Assembly: GCA_964016885.1 (NCBI GenBank)
Contig: OZ024742.1
Span: 244,404,001-244,468,000 of the forward strand
Length of the DNA stretch: 64,000 nucleotides
DNA from: Eledone cirrhosa
Taxonomy: Eukaryota
Reading direction: 5' to 3'
Shown: positions 41,767 through 55,600 of the stretch, one piece after another
How the letters are laid out: each line of letters opens with the position of its first letter
How positions within the stretch are numbered: the stretch's first letter is position 1
The notes under the pieces: model-generated
What the model saw: only the letters and a program-made list of their open reading frames with translations
What the model was told of the DNA's origin: nothing
Databases searched by the model: none
Program-made: the position numbers and the translations under genes

Positions 41767-41949
41767 TCACATGTGATAGTCAGGATATACAGACAGATGT
41801 GTTAGGAACACAAGTAGTTCATATTGACAGCAACACAAAGAACATTGTATGCTTTCATAGATGGCCGGTCGTCGAATACGATCGATTTCTGTCATAATTC
41901 CGCCAGTTCTGTGCGGAAAATCGTTGATTGTATTGTCGGCAAAATTACT
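41767..41949 (-). CDS. Weak candidate terminal coding exon of an unknown gene (60 codons plus stop)
   Basis: On the minus strand, TTTTCATCTGTGTAATATTAG is followed by an open frame [60 protein letters not shown]. The sequence is complex and locally CpG-rich. No recognised homology. Confidence 0.2.
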   Translation of the reverse strand, partial: SNFADNTINDFPHRTGGIMTEIDRIRRPAIYESIQCSLCCCQYELLVFLTHLSVYPDYHM

Positions 41950-42231
41950 CTAATATTACACAGATGAAAATGGCTGTTTAGTCAGTGTAACTGGTATTAT
42001 AAACTAAGAGAGTAGATTATCCATTTTGGCTGGCTAGTTTAAATTGTAGTCATTTATAACTTTTATACTTCTTGAAAATTACAGCAAAGGAATTGTGTGT
42101 GTATGTGTGTCTGTGTAAGTATATGTGTGTAAGTATGTGTGTGTGTTTTATGAATAAGATAAATGTGTGAATAAATAAATTAATTATTCTTGATATGCCT
42201 CATACACATAGGTAAACAGTTAAATACACAT

Positions 42232-42301
42232 ACCTATATATATGTTTGTATATATGTATGTATGTATGTGTATTTATGTATGTATCTATTAGCATATAGA
42301 T

Positions 42302-42393
<92 letters not shown>

Positions 42394-42421
42394 CTATATA
42401 TCTATCTATATATATATACAA

Positions 42422-42482
<61 letters not shown>

Positions 42483-42496
42483 CATATATATACACA

Positions 42497-42549
<53 letters not shown>

Positions 42550-42655
42550 ATATGTATGTATACATATATGTGTGTATGTGTATGTATGCATATATATTTA
42601 CATATATATATGCATATATATTTACATAAATATATATATGCATATATATATATAT

Positions 42656-42730
<75 letters not shown>

Positions 42731-42863
42731 ATACATATATGTGTGTGCATGTATGTATGCATATATATATATATTTATATATGTATATGTATATATATAT
42801 GTGTGTGTGTGAGTGTATATATATGTGTGTATGTGAGTGTGTTTGTGCATGTCTGTGTGTATA

Positions 42864-42902
<39 letters not shown>
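42232..42902. repeat. Compound (TA)n/(CA)n/(TG)n microsatellite tract
   Basis: Direct reading. Confidence 0.92.
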
Positions 42903-42910
42903 TTCTGCAA

Positions 42911-43070
42911 GGCAGTGAATTGTCAGTGTCATAAGAATGTCAGCTAGAGTACTTTACAGTATACTCTTCGGTTCTCTACTCTCTCAGTTCAAATCCCTCC
43001 AAAGTCAACTTCACCCTTCATTCTTTTAAAGTTGATAAAAAAAAGTACCAGTCAAGTACTGGGGTCAATT
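42911..43070 (+). mobile_element. Decayed SINE fragment with Pol III B-box-like motif
   Basis: AGTTCAAATCC at 42986-42996. Segment 42978-43063 aligns ungapped (about 73% by hand count) to the reverse complement of 43232-43317. Confidence 0.65.
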
Positions 43071-43200
43071 CTTCCTCTATATCTCTTTCTCACTTCCATT
43101 CCCTCTTTTTCCATCCTTCTCTTGAAGAAATCAGCTGTGTTTTGACCTAAAGAGGGATGAGTGCTACCAGGTTTTAAATGTCCAAGACCCTTTATAGTTG

Positions 43201-43368
43201 TTTCTACTTTTGGCACAAGGCCAGAAATTATCCCAGTGTATTACTGGTACTTTATTTTATCGATCCCGTAAGGATGAAAAGCAAAGTTAACCTTGGTGGG
43301 ATTTGAACTCAGAACGTAAAGGGCCATAACTCTATGCTGCAAAGCATGGCGTCCGAGCTTCTACCGAT
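43201..43368 (-). mobile_element. Second copy of the same SINE family, inverted
   Basis: The minus strand reads ACGTTCTGAGTTCAAATCCCACCAAGGTTAACTTTGCTTTTCATCCTTACGGGATCGATAAAATAAAGTACCAGT; B-box-like motif at 43299-43310. Confidence 0.7.
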
Positions 43369-43460
43369 GGGGCCCCTATCACACCTTAAGGAGTTATGAC
43401 TCCATATAGTGTATATATATATATATATATAAATATATATATATATATGTACTATATGAA

Positions 43461-43576
43461 GGCATGTGGCTGAGTGGTTAGAGAATTGGATTCGCAATCG
43501 TGAGGTTGTGAGTTCAATTCCTGGACCGGGTGATGCGTTTTGTCCTTGAGCAAGACACTTTATTTCACGTTGCTCC
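43461..43576 (+). mobile_element. tRNA-derived SINE head followed by the start of a CORE/V-like central domain
   Basis: A box TGGCTGAGTGG (43467-43477) and B box GAGTTCAATTCC (43510-43521) at tRNA-like spacing, then TGTCCTTGAGCAAGACACTT, which resembles the start of the MIR CORE (GTGACCTTGGGCAAGTCACTT). Confidence 0.75.
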
Positions 43577-43691
43577 TTCTACCTGGAGTTGCGACCGATA
43601 GATAGTACTAGCAATTGGAAAGACCAATGGAAACATTGTTTCTTCGGTCCGATTTGACGAAAGTCGATCGTTCCTTTTATATATATATAGG

Positions 43692-43730
<39 letters not shown>

Positions 43731-43801
43731 GTAGTAACCAGTTTGGACTAGTAAGACCATTGTTCAGCTAAGTACTCAATGCTTTGAAAAGTAGAGTGCA
43801 G

Positions 43802-43899
43802 GTATTGTAAAGAGTTAGTGCCCAATGGCTGAGCTCTTGCTGTTTCAACAGCATTATCTAAACGGCAAGAGCTCAGCTGTCGGGCACTAACCTTTTATA

Positions 43900-43903
<4 letters not shown>
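43802..43903. repeat. Imperfect palindrome: 44-bp arms, 14-nt loop
   Basis: 43802-43845 versus the reverse complement of 43860-43903: 35/44 identical, ungapped, all 9 differences are transitions. Confidence 0.9.
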
Positions 43904-43966
<63 letters not shown>

Positions 43967-44629
43967 AAGAGAGAGATACAAACAGATATATATATATATA
44001 TATATACACATACTCACACGTATATATGTAGGTATGTATATATGTATATGTGTATGTATATATACACACATATATAAATGCATACATATATACATACATG
44101 CCTTCAAACATAAATGCATACAAACATATATACATACAAACATATATACATACATACATACATACATACATACATACATACACATACATATACACATACA
44201 TATACATACACTCAAACAGACACATATACTTGAATTAGTTTCACTGCTGACATACATTGACACACGGAAACATTATAATATTAATCTTCACACTCATATA
44301 TACACAGCTCTATATATATTCAGATACACATACATACACTTTTCTAGACTTGCAAGCTCACAGACAAACTAAAACATTTTCTCATAAATATAAATACACA
44401 CACACAAACACACACACACATATGCATACATGTGCATACTACGCTCTCATCAACATACACATATATACATACCAATGCATGCATATATATGCATACACAC
44501 ACAACAGCATATATATGCATACACACACAACAAATCTATTAACTTATTTTTACCTGCAGACACACAGACACAATCATCGTTAGCATACATATATACTCAC
44601 ATACAAATATATATATATATATATATACA

Positions 44630-44697
<68 letters not shown>

Positions 44698-44723
44698 ATA
44701 CATATACATATATTTATATATAC

Positions 44724-44787
<64 letters not shown>

Positions 44788-45480
44788 CATATATGTATGT
44801 ATATATATATATGTGTGTGTGTGTGAGTGTGTATATATATATATATATATATATACATGCATACATATTAATATATGATGCACACAGATAAAATTATATT
44901 GAAATATATTTTCATATAAAAACTTACATATATACCTAGAAATATATATCATATACATCCAGACTTTTATATACACACATATTCTCACATTCACATATGT
45001 ATACACATATACACACACACTCAACCATAAACTTATTCTTACCTGCAGACACACATACACACATACATACATATAGATACATATATAATAACATTAACAA
45101 TCATTAAGACAGTTACACTTATGCAAACATACATATAGACTAACACACACGCATTTACACTGTTACATACAAATGGACTTCCACACATTAACATACACAT
45201 ACTCACATACACTAATGTATAGTTAATCATACATATATACATACAAACACGTACACATTTTCTCATATTAACATACAGATACACACACACACACTGAACC
45301 ATATTCATACACCAACACACATACAGGCCATATAAATATGTTAGCCAACTCTTAAGACATATACACACACAAAACACAAACTCACACACACACACACTCA
45401 CACACACAGACATATATATATATAAACAAGCACACAATCTCATTTGCACAAGTAAACACACATGCACATACACACATTGC
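43904..45480. repeat. Low-complexity tract of (TA)n, (GA)n, (CATA)n and (CA)n microsatellites
   Basis: Direct reading; the longest TA run is around 44607-44800. Confidence 0.85.
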
Positions 45481-45522
45481 TACACATTAAAATCTAAAAA
45501 TATAGGTTTATCAAACCACATA

Positions 45523-46515
45523 CACATACACTAACATACACACATGCATTCACATTCAAACACATACACTTACATACACACATGCATTCACAATCAAACA
45601 CATACACACATACATACTCATTCAAACACATACACTAACATACACACATACATACTCATTCAAACATATACACTAACATACACACATGCATACACACTCA
45701 AACACATACACTTACATACACACATACATACACATTCAATCACATACACTAACATACACACATACTTACACACTCAAACACATACACTTACATACACACA
45801 TACATACACATTCAAACACATACACTAACATACGCTCATGCATACACATTCAAACACATACACTAACATACGCTCATGCATACACATTCAAACACATACA
45901 CTAACATACACACATACTTACACATTCAATCACATACACTAACATACACACATACATACACATTCAAACACATACACTAACATACACACATACTTACACA
46001 TTCAATCACATACACTAACATACACACATGTATACACATTCAAACACATACACTAGCATACACACATGTATACACATTCAAACACATACACTAACATACA
46101 CACATGCATACACATTCAAACACATACACTAACATACACACATACATACACATTCAAACACATACACTAGCATACACACATACATACACATTCAAACACA
46201 TACACTAACATACACACATACTTACACATTCAAACACATACACTAACATACACACATACATACACATTCAAACACATACACTTACATATACTTACGTACA
46301 CACATACATACACATTCAAACACATACACTAGCATACACACATACATACACATTCAAACACATACACTAACATACACACATACATACACATTCAAACACA
46401 TACACTTACATATACTTACGTACACACATACATTCACATTCAAACACATACACCAGCATACACACATGTACAGACATTCAAACACATACACACATGCATA
46501 CACATTCAAACACAT
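45523..46515. repeat. 38-bp minisatellite, about 25 copies; consensus CATTCAAACACATACACTAACATACACACATACATACA
   Basis: CATTCAA recurs at 45961, 45999, 46037 and 46075 (period 38). A few units carry short insertions such as CTTACATATACTTACG. Confidence 0.9.
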
Positions 46516-46643
46516 AATCATGTTCTCATATACAGACACCCTTGTATAGCACATGCATACATATACACACATGCATATGCATACACTAATGTACATATAC
46601 GCATACATATAATCATGTTCTCACATGCAGACACCCTTGTATA
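46514..46643. repeat. 35-bp direct repeat pair, offset 95
   Basis: ATAATCATGTTCTCATATACAGACACCCTTGTATA (46514-46548) versus ATAATCATGTTCTCACATGCAGACACCCTTGTATA (46609-46643), 2 mismatches. Confidence 0.85.
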
Positions 46644-46662
46644 CGAAATCATATTCTCGTTT

Positions 46663-49600
46663 TAGACATAACCACACCACACCACCATATATGTAGAGAT
46701 AACCACAGCACACCACACCACCATATATGTAGAGATAACCACACCACACCACACCACCATATATGTAGAGATAACCACACCACACCACGCCACCATATAT
46801 GTAGAGATAACCACACCACACCACACCTCCATATATGTAGAGATAACCACACCACACCACCATATATGTAGAGATAACCACACCACACCACACCACCATA
46901 TATGTAGAGATAACCACACCACACCACCATATATGTAGAGATAACCACACCACACCACACCTCCATATATTTAGAGATAACCACACCACACTACACCACC
47001 ATATATGTAGAGATAACCACAGCACACCACACCACCATATATGTAGAGATAACCACACCACACCACCATATATGTAGAGATAACCACACCACACTACACC
47101 ACCTTATATGTAGAGATAACCTCACCACACCACACCACCATATATGTAGAGATAACCACACCACACCACAATATATGTAGAGATAACCACACCACACTAC
47201 ACCACCATATATGTAGAGATAACCACACCACACCACACCTCCATATATGTAGAGATAACCACACCACACTACACCACCATATATGTAGAGATAACCACAG
47301 CACACCACACCACCATATATGTAGAGATAACCTCACCACACCACACCACCATATATGTAGAGATAACCACACCACACCACAATATATGTAGAGATAACCA
47401 CCCCACACTACACCACGATATATGTAGAGATAACCACACCACACCACAATATATGTAGAGATAACCACACCACACCACAATATATGTAGAGATAACCACA
47501 CCACACGACACCACCATATATGTAGAGATAACCACACCACACCACAATATATGTAGAGATAACCACACCACACTACACCACCATATATGTAGAGATAACC
47601 ACACCACACCACACCTCCATATATGTAGAGATAACCACACCACACTACACCACCTTATATGTAGAGATAACCACACCACACCACACCACCATATATGTAG
47701 AGATAACCTCACCACACCACACCACCATATATGGAGAGATAACCACAGCACACCACCATATATGTAGAGATAACCACACCACACCACCATATATGTAGAG
47801 ATAACCACACCACACCACCACACCACCATATATGTAGAGATAACCTCACCACACCACACCACCATATATGGAGAGATAACCACAGCACACCACCATATAT
47901 GTAGAGATAACCACACCACACCACCATATATGTAGAGATAACCACACCACACCACCATATATGTAGAGATAACCACACCACACCACCATATATGTAGAGA
48001 TAACCACAGCACACCACACCACCATATATGTAGAGATAACCACACCACACCACACCACCATATATGTAGAGATAACCACAGCACACCACACCACCATATA
48101 TGTAGAGATAACCACAGCACACCACACCACCATATATGTAGAGATAACCACAGCACACCACCATATATGTAGAGATAACCACACTACACCACCATATATG
48201 TAGAGATAACCACACCACACTACACCACACCACCATATATGTAGAGATAACCACACTACACTACACCACCATATATGTAGAGATAACCACACCACACTAC
48301 ACCACCATATATGTAGAGATAACCACAGCACACCACACCACCATATATGTAGAGATAACCACACCACACCACACCACCATATATGTAGAGATAACCACAC
48401 CACACCACACCACCATATATGTAGAGATAACCACACCACACCACCATATATGTAGAGATAACCACACCACACCACCACACCACCATATATGTAGAGATAA
48501 CCACAGCACACCACACCACCATATATGTAGAGATAACCACACCACACCACACCACCATATATGTAGAGATAACCACACCACACCACCACACCACCATATA
48601 TGTAGAGATAACCACAGCACACCACACCACCATATATGTAGAGATAACCACACCACACCACACCACCTTATATGTAGAGATAACCACAGCACACCACCAT
48701 ATATGTAGAGATAACCACAGCACACCACACCACCATATATGTAGAGATAACCACACCACACCACACCACCATATATGTAGAGATAACCACACCACACCAC
48801 ACCACCATATATGTAGAGATAACCACACCACACCACACCACCATATATGTAGAGATAACCACACCACACCACACCACCATATATGTAGAGATAACCACAC
48901 CACACCACACCACCATATATGTAGAGATAACCACACCACACCACACCACCATATATGTAGAGATAACCACACGACACCACCATATATGTAGAGATAACCA
49001 CACCACACCACCATATATGTAGAGATAACCACACCACACCACACCACCATATATGTAGAGATAACCACACGACACCACCATATATGTAGAGATAACCACA
49101 CCACACCACCATATATGTAGAGATAACCACACCACACCACACCACCATATATGTAGAGATAACCACACCACACTACACCACCATATATGTAGAGATAACC
49201 ACACCACACCACCACACCACCATATATGTAGAGATAACCACACCACACCTCCATATATGTAGAGATAACCACAGCACACCACACCACCATATATGTAGAG
49301 ATAACCACACCACACCACCATATATGTAGAGATAACCACACCACACCACACCACACCACCATATATGTAGAGATAACCACACTACACCACCATATATGTA
49401 GAGATAACCACAGCACACCACACCACCTTATATGTAGAGATAACCACAGCACACCACACCACCATATATGTAGAGATAACCACACCACACTACACCACCA
49501 TATATGTAGAGATAACCACACCACACTACACCACCATATATGTAGAGATAACCACAGCACACCACACCACCATATATGTAGAGATAACCACACCACACCA

Positions 49601-52600
49601 CACCACCATATATGTAGAGATAACCACACCACACCACACCACCATATATGTAGAGATAACCACACCACACCACCATATATGTAGAGATAACCACACCACA
49701 CCACACCACCATATATGTAGAGATAACCACACCACACCACCACACCACCATATATGTAGAGATAACCACAGCACACCACACCACCATATATGTAGAGATA
49801 ACCACAGCACACCACACCACCATATATGTAGAGATAACCACACCACACCACCACACCACCATATATGTAGAGATAACCACAGCACACCACACCACCATAT
49901 ATGTAGAGATAACCACACCACACCACACCACCATATATGTAGAGATAACCACACCACACCACACCACCATATATGTAGAGATAACCACACCACACCACCA
50001 CACCACCATATATGTAGAGATAACCACACCACACCTCCATATATGTAGAGATAACCACAGCACACCACACCACCATATATGTAGAGATAACCACACCACA
50101 CCACCATATATGTAGAGATAACCACACCACACCACACCACACCACCATATATGTAGAGATAACCACACTACACCACCATATATGTAGAGATAACCACAGC
50201 ACACCACACCACCATATATGTAGAGATAACCACACCACACCACACCACCATATATGTAGAGATAACCACAGCACACCACACCACCATATATGTAGAGATA
50301 ACCACAGCACACCACACCACCATATATGTAGAGATAACCACAGCACACCACACCACCATATATGTAGAGATAACCTCACCACACCACCACACCACCATAT
50401 ATGTAGAGATAACCACACCACACCACCATATATGTAGAGATAACCACACCACACCACACCACCATATATGTAGAGATAACCACACCACACCACACCACCA
50501 TATATGTAGAGATAACCACAGCACACCACACCACACCACCATATATGTAGAGATAACCACACCACACCACACCACCATATATGTAGAGATAACCACACCA
50601 CACCACACCACCATATATGTAGAGATAACCACACCACACCACACCACCATATATGTAGAGATAACCACACCACACCACACCACCATATATGTAGAGATAA
50701 CCACACGACACCACCATATATGTAGAGATAACCACACCACACCACCATATATGTAGAGATAACCACACCACACCACACCACCATATATGTAGAGATAACC
50801 ACACCACACCACACCACCATATATGTAGAGATAACCACACCACACCACACCACCATATATGTAGAGATAACCACACCACACCACACCACCATATATGTAG
50901 AGATAACCACACGACACCACCATATATGTAGAGATAACCACACCACACCACCATATATGTAGAGATAACCACACCACACCAAACCACCATATATGTAGAG
51001 ATAACCACACCACACCACACCACCATATATGTAGAGATAACCACACCACACTACACCACCATATATGTAGAGATAACCACAGCACACCACACCACCATAT
51101 ATGTAGAGAAAACCACACCACACTACACCACCATATATGTAGAGATAACCACACCACACCACACCACCATATATGTAGAGATAAACACAGCACACCACAC
51201 CACCACACCACACTACACTACACCACACCACACTACACTACACCACACCACTCTACACCACACCACACCACCATATATGTAGAGATAACCACACCACACC
51301 ACACCACCATATATGTAGAGATAACCACACCGCACCACACCACCATATATGTAGAGATAACCACACCACACCACCATATATGTAGAGATAACCACACCAC
51401 ACCACACCACCATATATGTAGAGATAACCACACCACACCACACCACCATATATGTAGAGATAACCACACCACACCACACCACCATATATGTAGAGATAAC
51501 CACACCACACCACACCACCATATATGTAGAGATAACCACACCACACCACCATATATGTAGAGATAACCACACCACACCACACCACCATATATGTAGAGAT
51601 AACCACACCACACCACACCACCATATATGTAGAGATAACCACACCACACTACACCACCATATATGTAGGGATAACCACACCACGCTACACCACCATATAT
51701 GTAGAGATAATCACACCACACCACACCACCATATATGTAGAGATAACCACACCACACCACACCACCATATATGTAGAGATAACCACACCACACCACACCA
51801 CCATATATGTAGAGATAACCACACCACACCACACCACCATATATGTAGGGATAACCACACCACACCACACCACCATATATGTAGAGATAACCACAGCACA
51901 CCACACCACCATATATGTAAAGATAACCACACCACACCACACCACCATATATGTAGAGATAACCACACCACACCACACCACCATATATGTAGGGATAACC
52001 ACACCACGCTACACCACCATATATGTAGAGATAATCACACCACACCACACCACCATATATGTAGAGATAACCACACCACACCACACCACCATATAAGTAG
52101 AGATAACCACACCGCACCACACCACCATATATGTAGAGATAACCACACCACACCACCATATATGTAGAGATAACCACACCGCACCACACCACCATATATG
52201 TAGAGATAACCACACCACACCACCATATATGTAGAGATAACCACACCACACCACACCACCATATATGTAGAGATAACCACACCACACCACCATATATGTA
52301 GAGATAACCACACCACACCACACCACCATATATGTAGAGATAACCACACCACACCACCATATATGTAGAGATAACCACACCACACCACACCACCATATAT
52401 GTAGAGATAACCACACCACACCACCATATATGTAGAGATAACCACACCACACCACCATATATGTAGAGATAACCACACCACACCACACCTCCATATATGT
52501 AGAGATAACCACAGCACACCACACCACCATATATGTAGAGATAATCACACCACACCACACCACCATATATGTAGAGATAACCACACCACACTACACCACC

Positions 52601-55600
52601 TTATATGTAGAGATAACCACAGCACACCACACCACCATATATGTAGAGATAACCACACCACTCCACCATATATGTAGAGATAACCACACCACGCTACACC
52701 ACCATATATGTAGAGATAATCACACCACACCACACCACCATATATGTAGAGATAACCACACCACACCACACCACACCACCATATATGTAGAGATAACCAC
52801 ACCGCACCACCATATATGTAGAGATAACCACACCACACCACACCACACCACCATATATGTAGAGATAACCACACCACACCACACCACACCACCTTATATG
52901 TAGAGATAACCACACCACACCACACCACCATATATGTAGAGATAACCACAGCACACCACACCACCATATATGTAGAGATAACCACAGCACACCACACCAC
53001 CATATATGTAGAGATAACCACACCACACCACAGCACCATATATGTAGAGATAACCACACCACACCACCATATATGTAGAGATAACCACAGCACACCACAC
53101 CACCATATATGTAGAGATAACCACAGCACACCACACCACCATATATGTAGAGATAACCACACCACACCACACCACCATATATGTAGAGATAACCACACCA
53201 CACCACACCACCATATATGTAGAGATAACCACACCACACCACACCACCATATATGGAGAGATAACCACAGCACACCACACCACCATATATGTAGAGATAA
53301 CCACACCACACCACCATATATGTAGAGATAACCACACCACACCACACCACCATATATGTAGAGATAACCACACCACACCACACCACCATATATGTAGAGA
53401 TAACCACACCACACCACACCACCATATATGTAGAGATAACCACACCACACCACACCGCCATATATGTAGAGATAACCACACCACACCACACCACCTTATA
53501 TGTAGAGATAACCACACCACACCACACCACCATATATGTAGAGATAACCACACCACACCACACCACCATATATGTAGAGATAACCACACCACACCACACC
53601 ACCATATATGTAGAGATAACCACACCACACCACCATACATGTAGAGATAACCACAGCACACCACACCACCATATATGTAGAGATAACCACACCACACTAC
53701 ACCACCTTATATGTAGAGATAACCACAGCACACCACACCACCATATATGTAGAGATAACCACACCACATTACACCTCCTTATATGTAGAGATAACCACAC
53801 CACACCACACCACCATATATGTAGAGATAACCACACCACACCACACCACCTTATATGTAGAGATAACCACACCACACCACACCACCATATATGTAGAGAT
53901 AACCACAGCACACCATACCACCATATATGTAGAGATAACCACACCACACCACACCACCATATATGTAGAGATAACCACACCACACCACACCACCATATAT
54001 GTAGAGATAACCACAGCACACCATACCACCATATATGTAGAGATAACCACACCACACCACACCACCTTATATGTAGAGATAACCACACCACACCACACCA
54101 CCATATATGTAGAGATAACCACACCACACCACACCACCATATATGTAGAGATAACCACACCACACCACACCACCATATATGTAGAGATAACCACACCACA
54201 CCACACCACCATATATGTAGAGATAACCACACCACACCACCATATATGTAGAGATAACCACACCACACCACACCACCATATATGTAGAGATAACCACAGC
54301 ACACCACACCACCATATATGTAGAGATAACCACACCACACCACCATATATGTAAAGATAACCACACCACACCACACCACCATATATGTAGAGATAACCAC
54401 ACCACACCACCATATATGTAGAGATAACCACAGCACACCACACCACCATATATGTAGAGATAACCACAGCACACCACACCACCATATATGTAGAGATAAC
54501 CTCACCACACCACACCACCATATATGTAGAGATAACCACACCACACCACACCACCATATATGTAGAGATAACCACACCACACCACCATATATGTAGAGAT
54601 AACCACAGCACACCACACCACCATATATGTAGAGATAACCACAGCACACCACACCACCATATATGTAGAGATAACCACAGCACACCACACCACCATATAT
54701 GTAGAGATAACCACACCACACCACCATATATGTAAAGATAACCACACCACACCACACCACCATATATGTAGAGATAACCACACCACACCACCATATATGT
54801 AGAGATAACCACAGCACACCACACCACCATATATGTAGAGATAACCACAGCACACCACACCACCATATATGTAGAGATAACCTCACCACACCACACCACC
54901 ATATATGTAGAGATAACCACACCACACCACACCACCATATATGTAGAGATAACCACACCACACCACCATATATGTAGAGATAACCACAGCACACCACACC
55001 ACCATATATGTAGAGATAACCACAGCACACCACACCACCATATATGTAGAGATAACCACACCACACCACCATATATGTAGAGATAACCACAGCACACCAC
55101 ACCACCATATATGTAGAGATAACCACAGCACACCACACCACCATATATGTAGAGATAACCACAGCACACCACACCACCATATATGTAGAGATAACCACAC
55201 CACACCACACCACCATATATGTAGAGATAACCACAGCACACCACACCACCATATATGTAGAGATAACCACAGCACACCACACCACCATATATGTAGAGAT
55301 AACCACACCACACCACACCACCATATATGTAGAGATAACCACACCGCACCACCATATATGTAGAGATAACCACAGCACACCACACCACCATATATGTAGA
55401 GATAACCACACCACACTACACCACCATATATGTAGAGATAACCACACCACACCACCATATATGTAGAGATAACCACACCACCATATATGTAGAGATAACC
55501 ACACCACACTACACCACCATATATGTAGAGATAACCACACCACACCACCATATATGTAGAGATAACCACACCACACCACACCACACCACCATATATGTAG

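Noticed and set aside
43461-43535. Functional tRNA gene
   Set aside because: A and B boxes are present, but no convincing acceptor stem can be formed and the sequence continues into a SINE-type central domain.
43590-43675. Second hammerhead candidate (TTGACGAAAGTCGA; minus-strand CCGAAGA) with small stem-loops
   Set aside because: Neither strand has CUGANGA and GAAA in the correct order with flanking stems; only short hairpins that could be chance.
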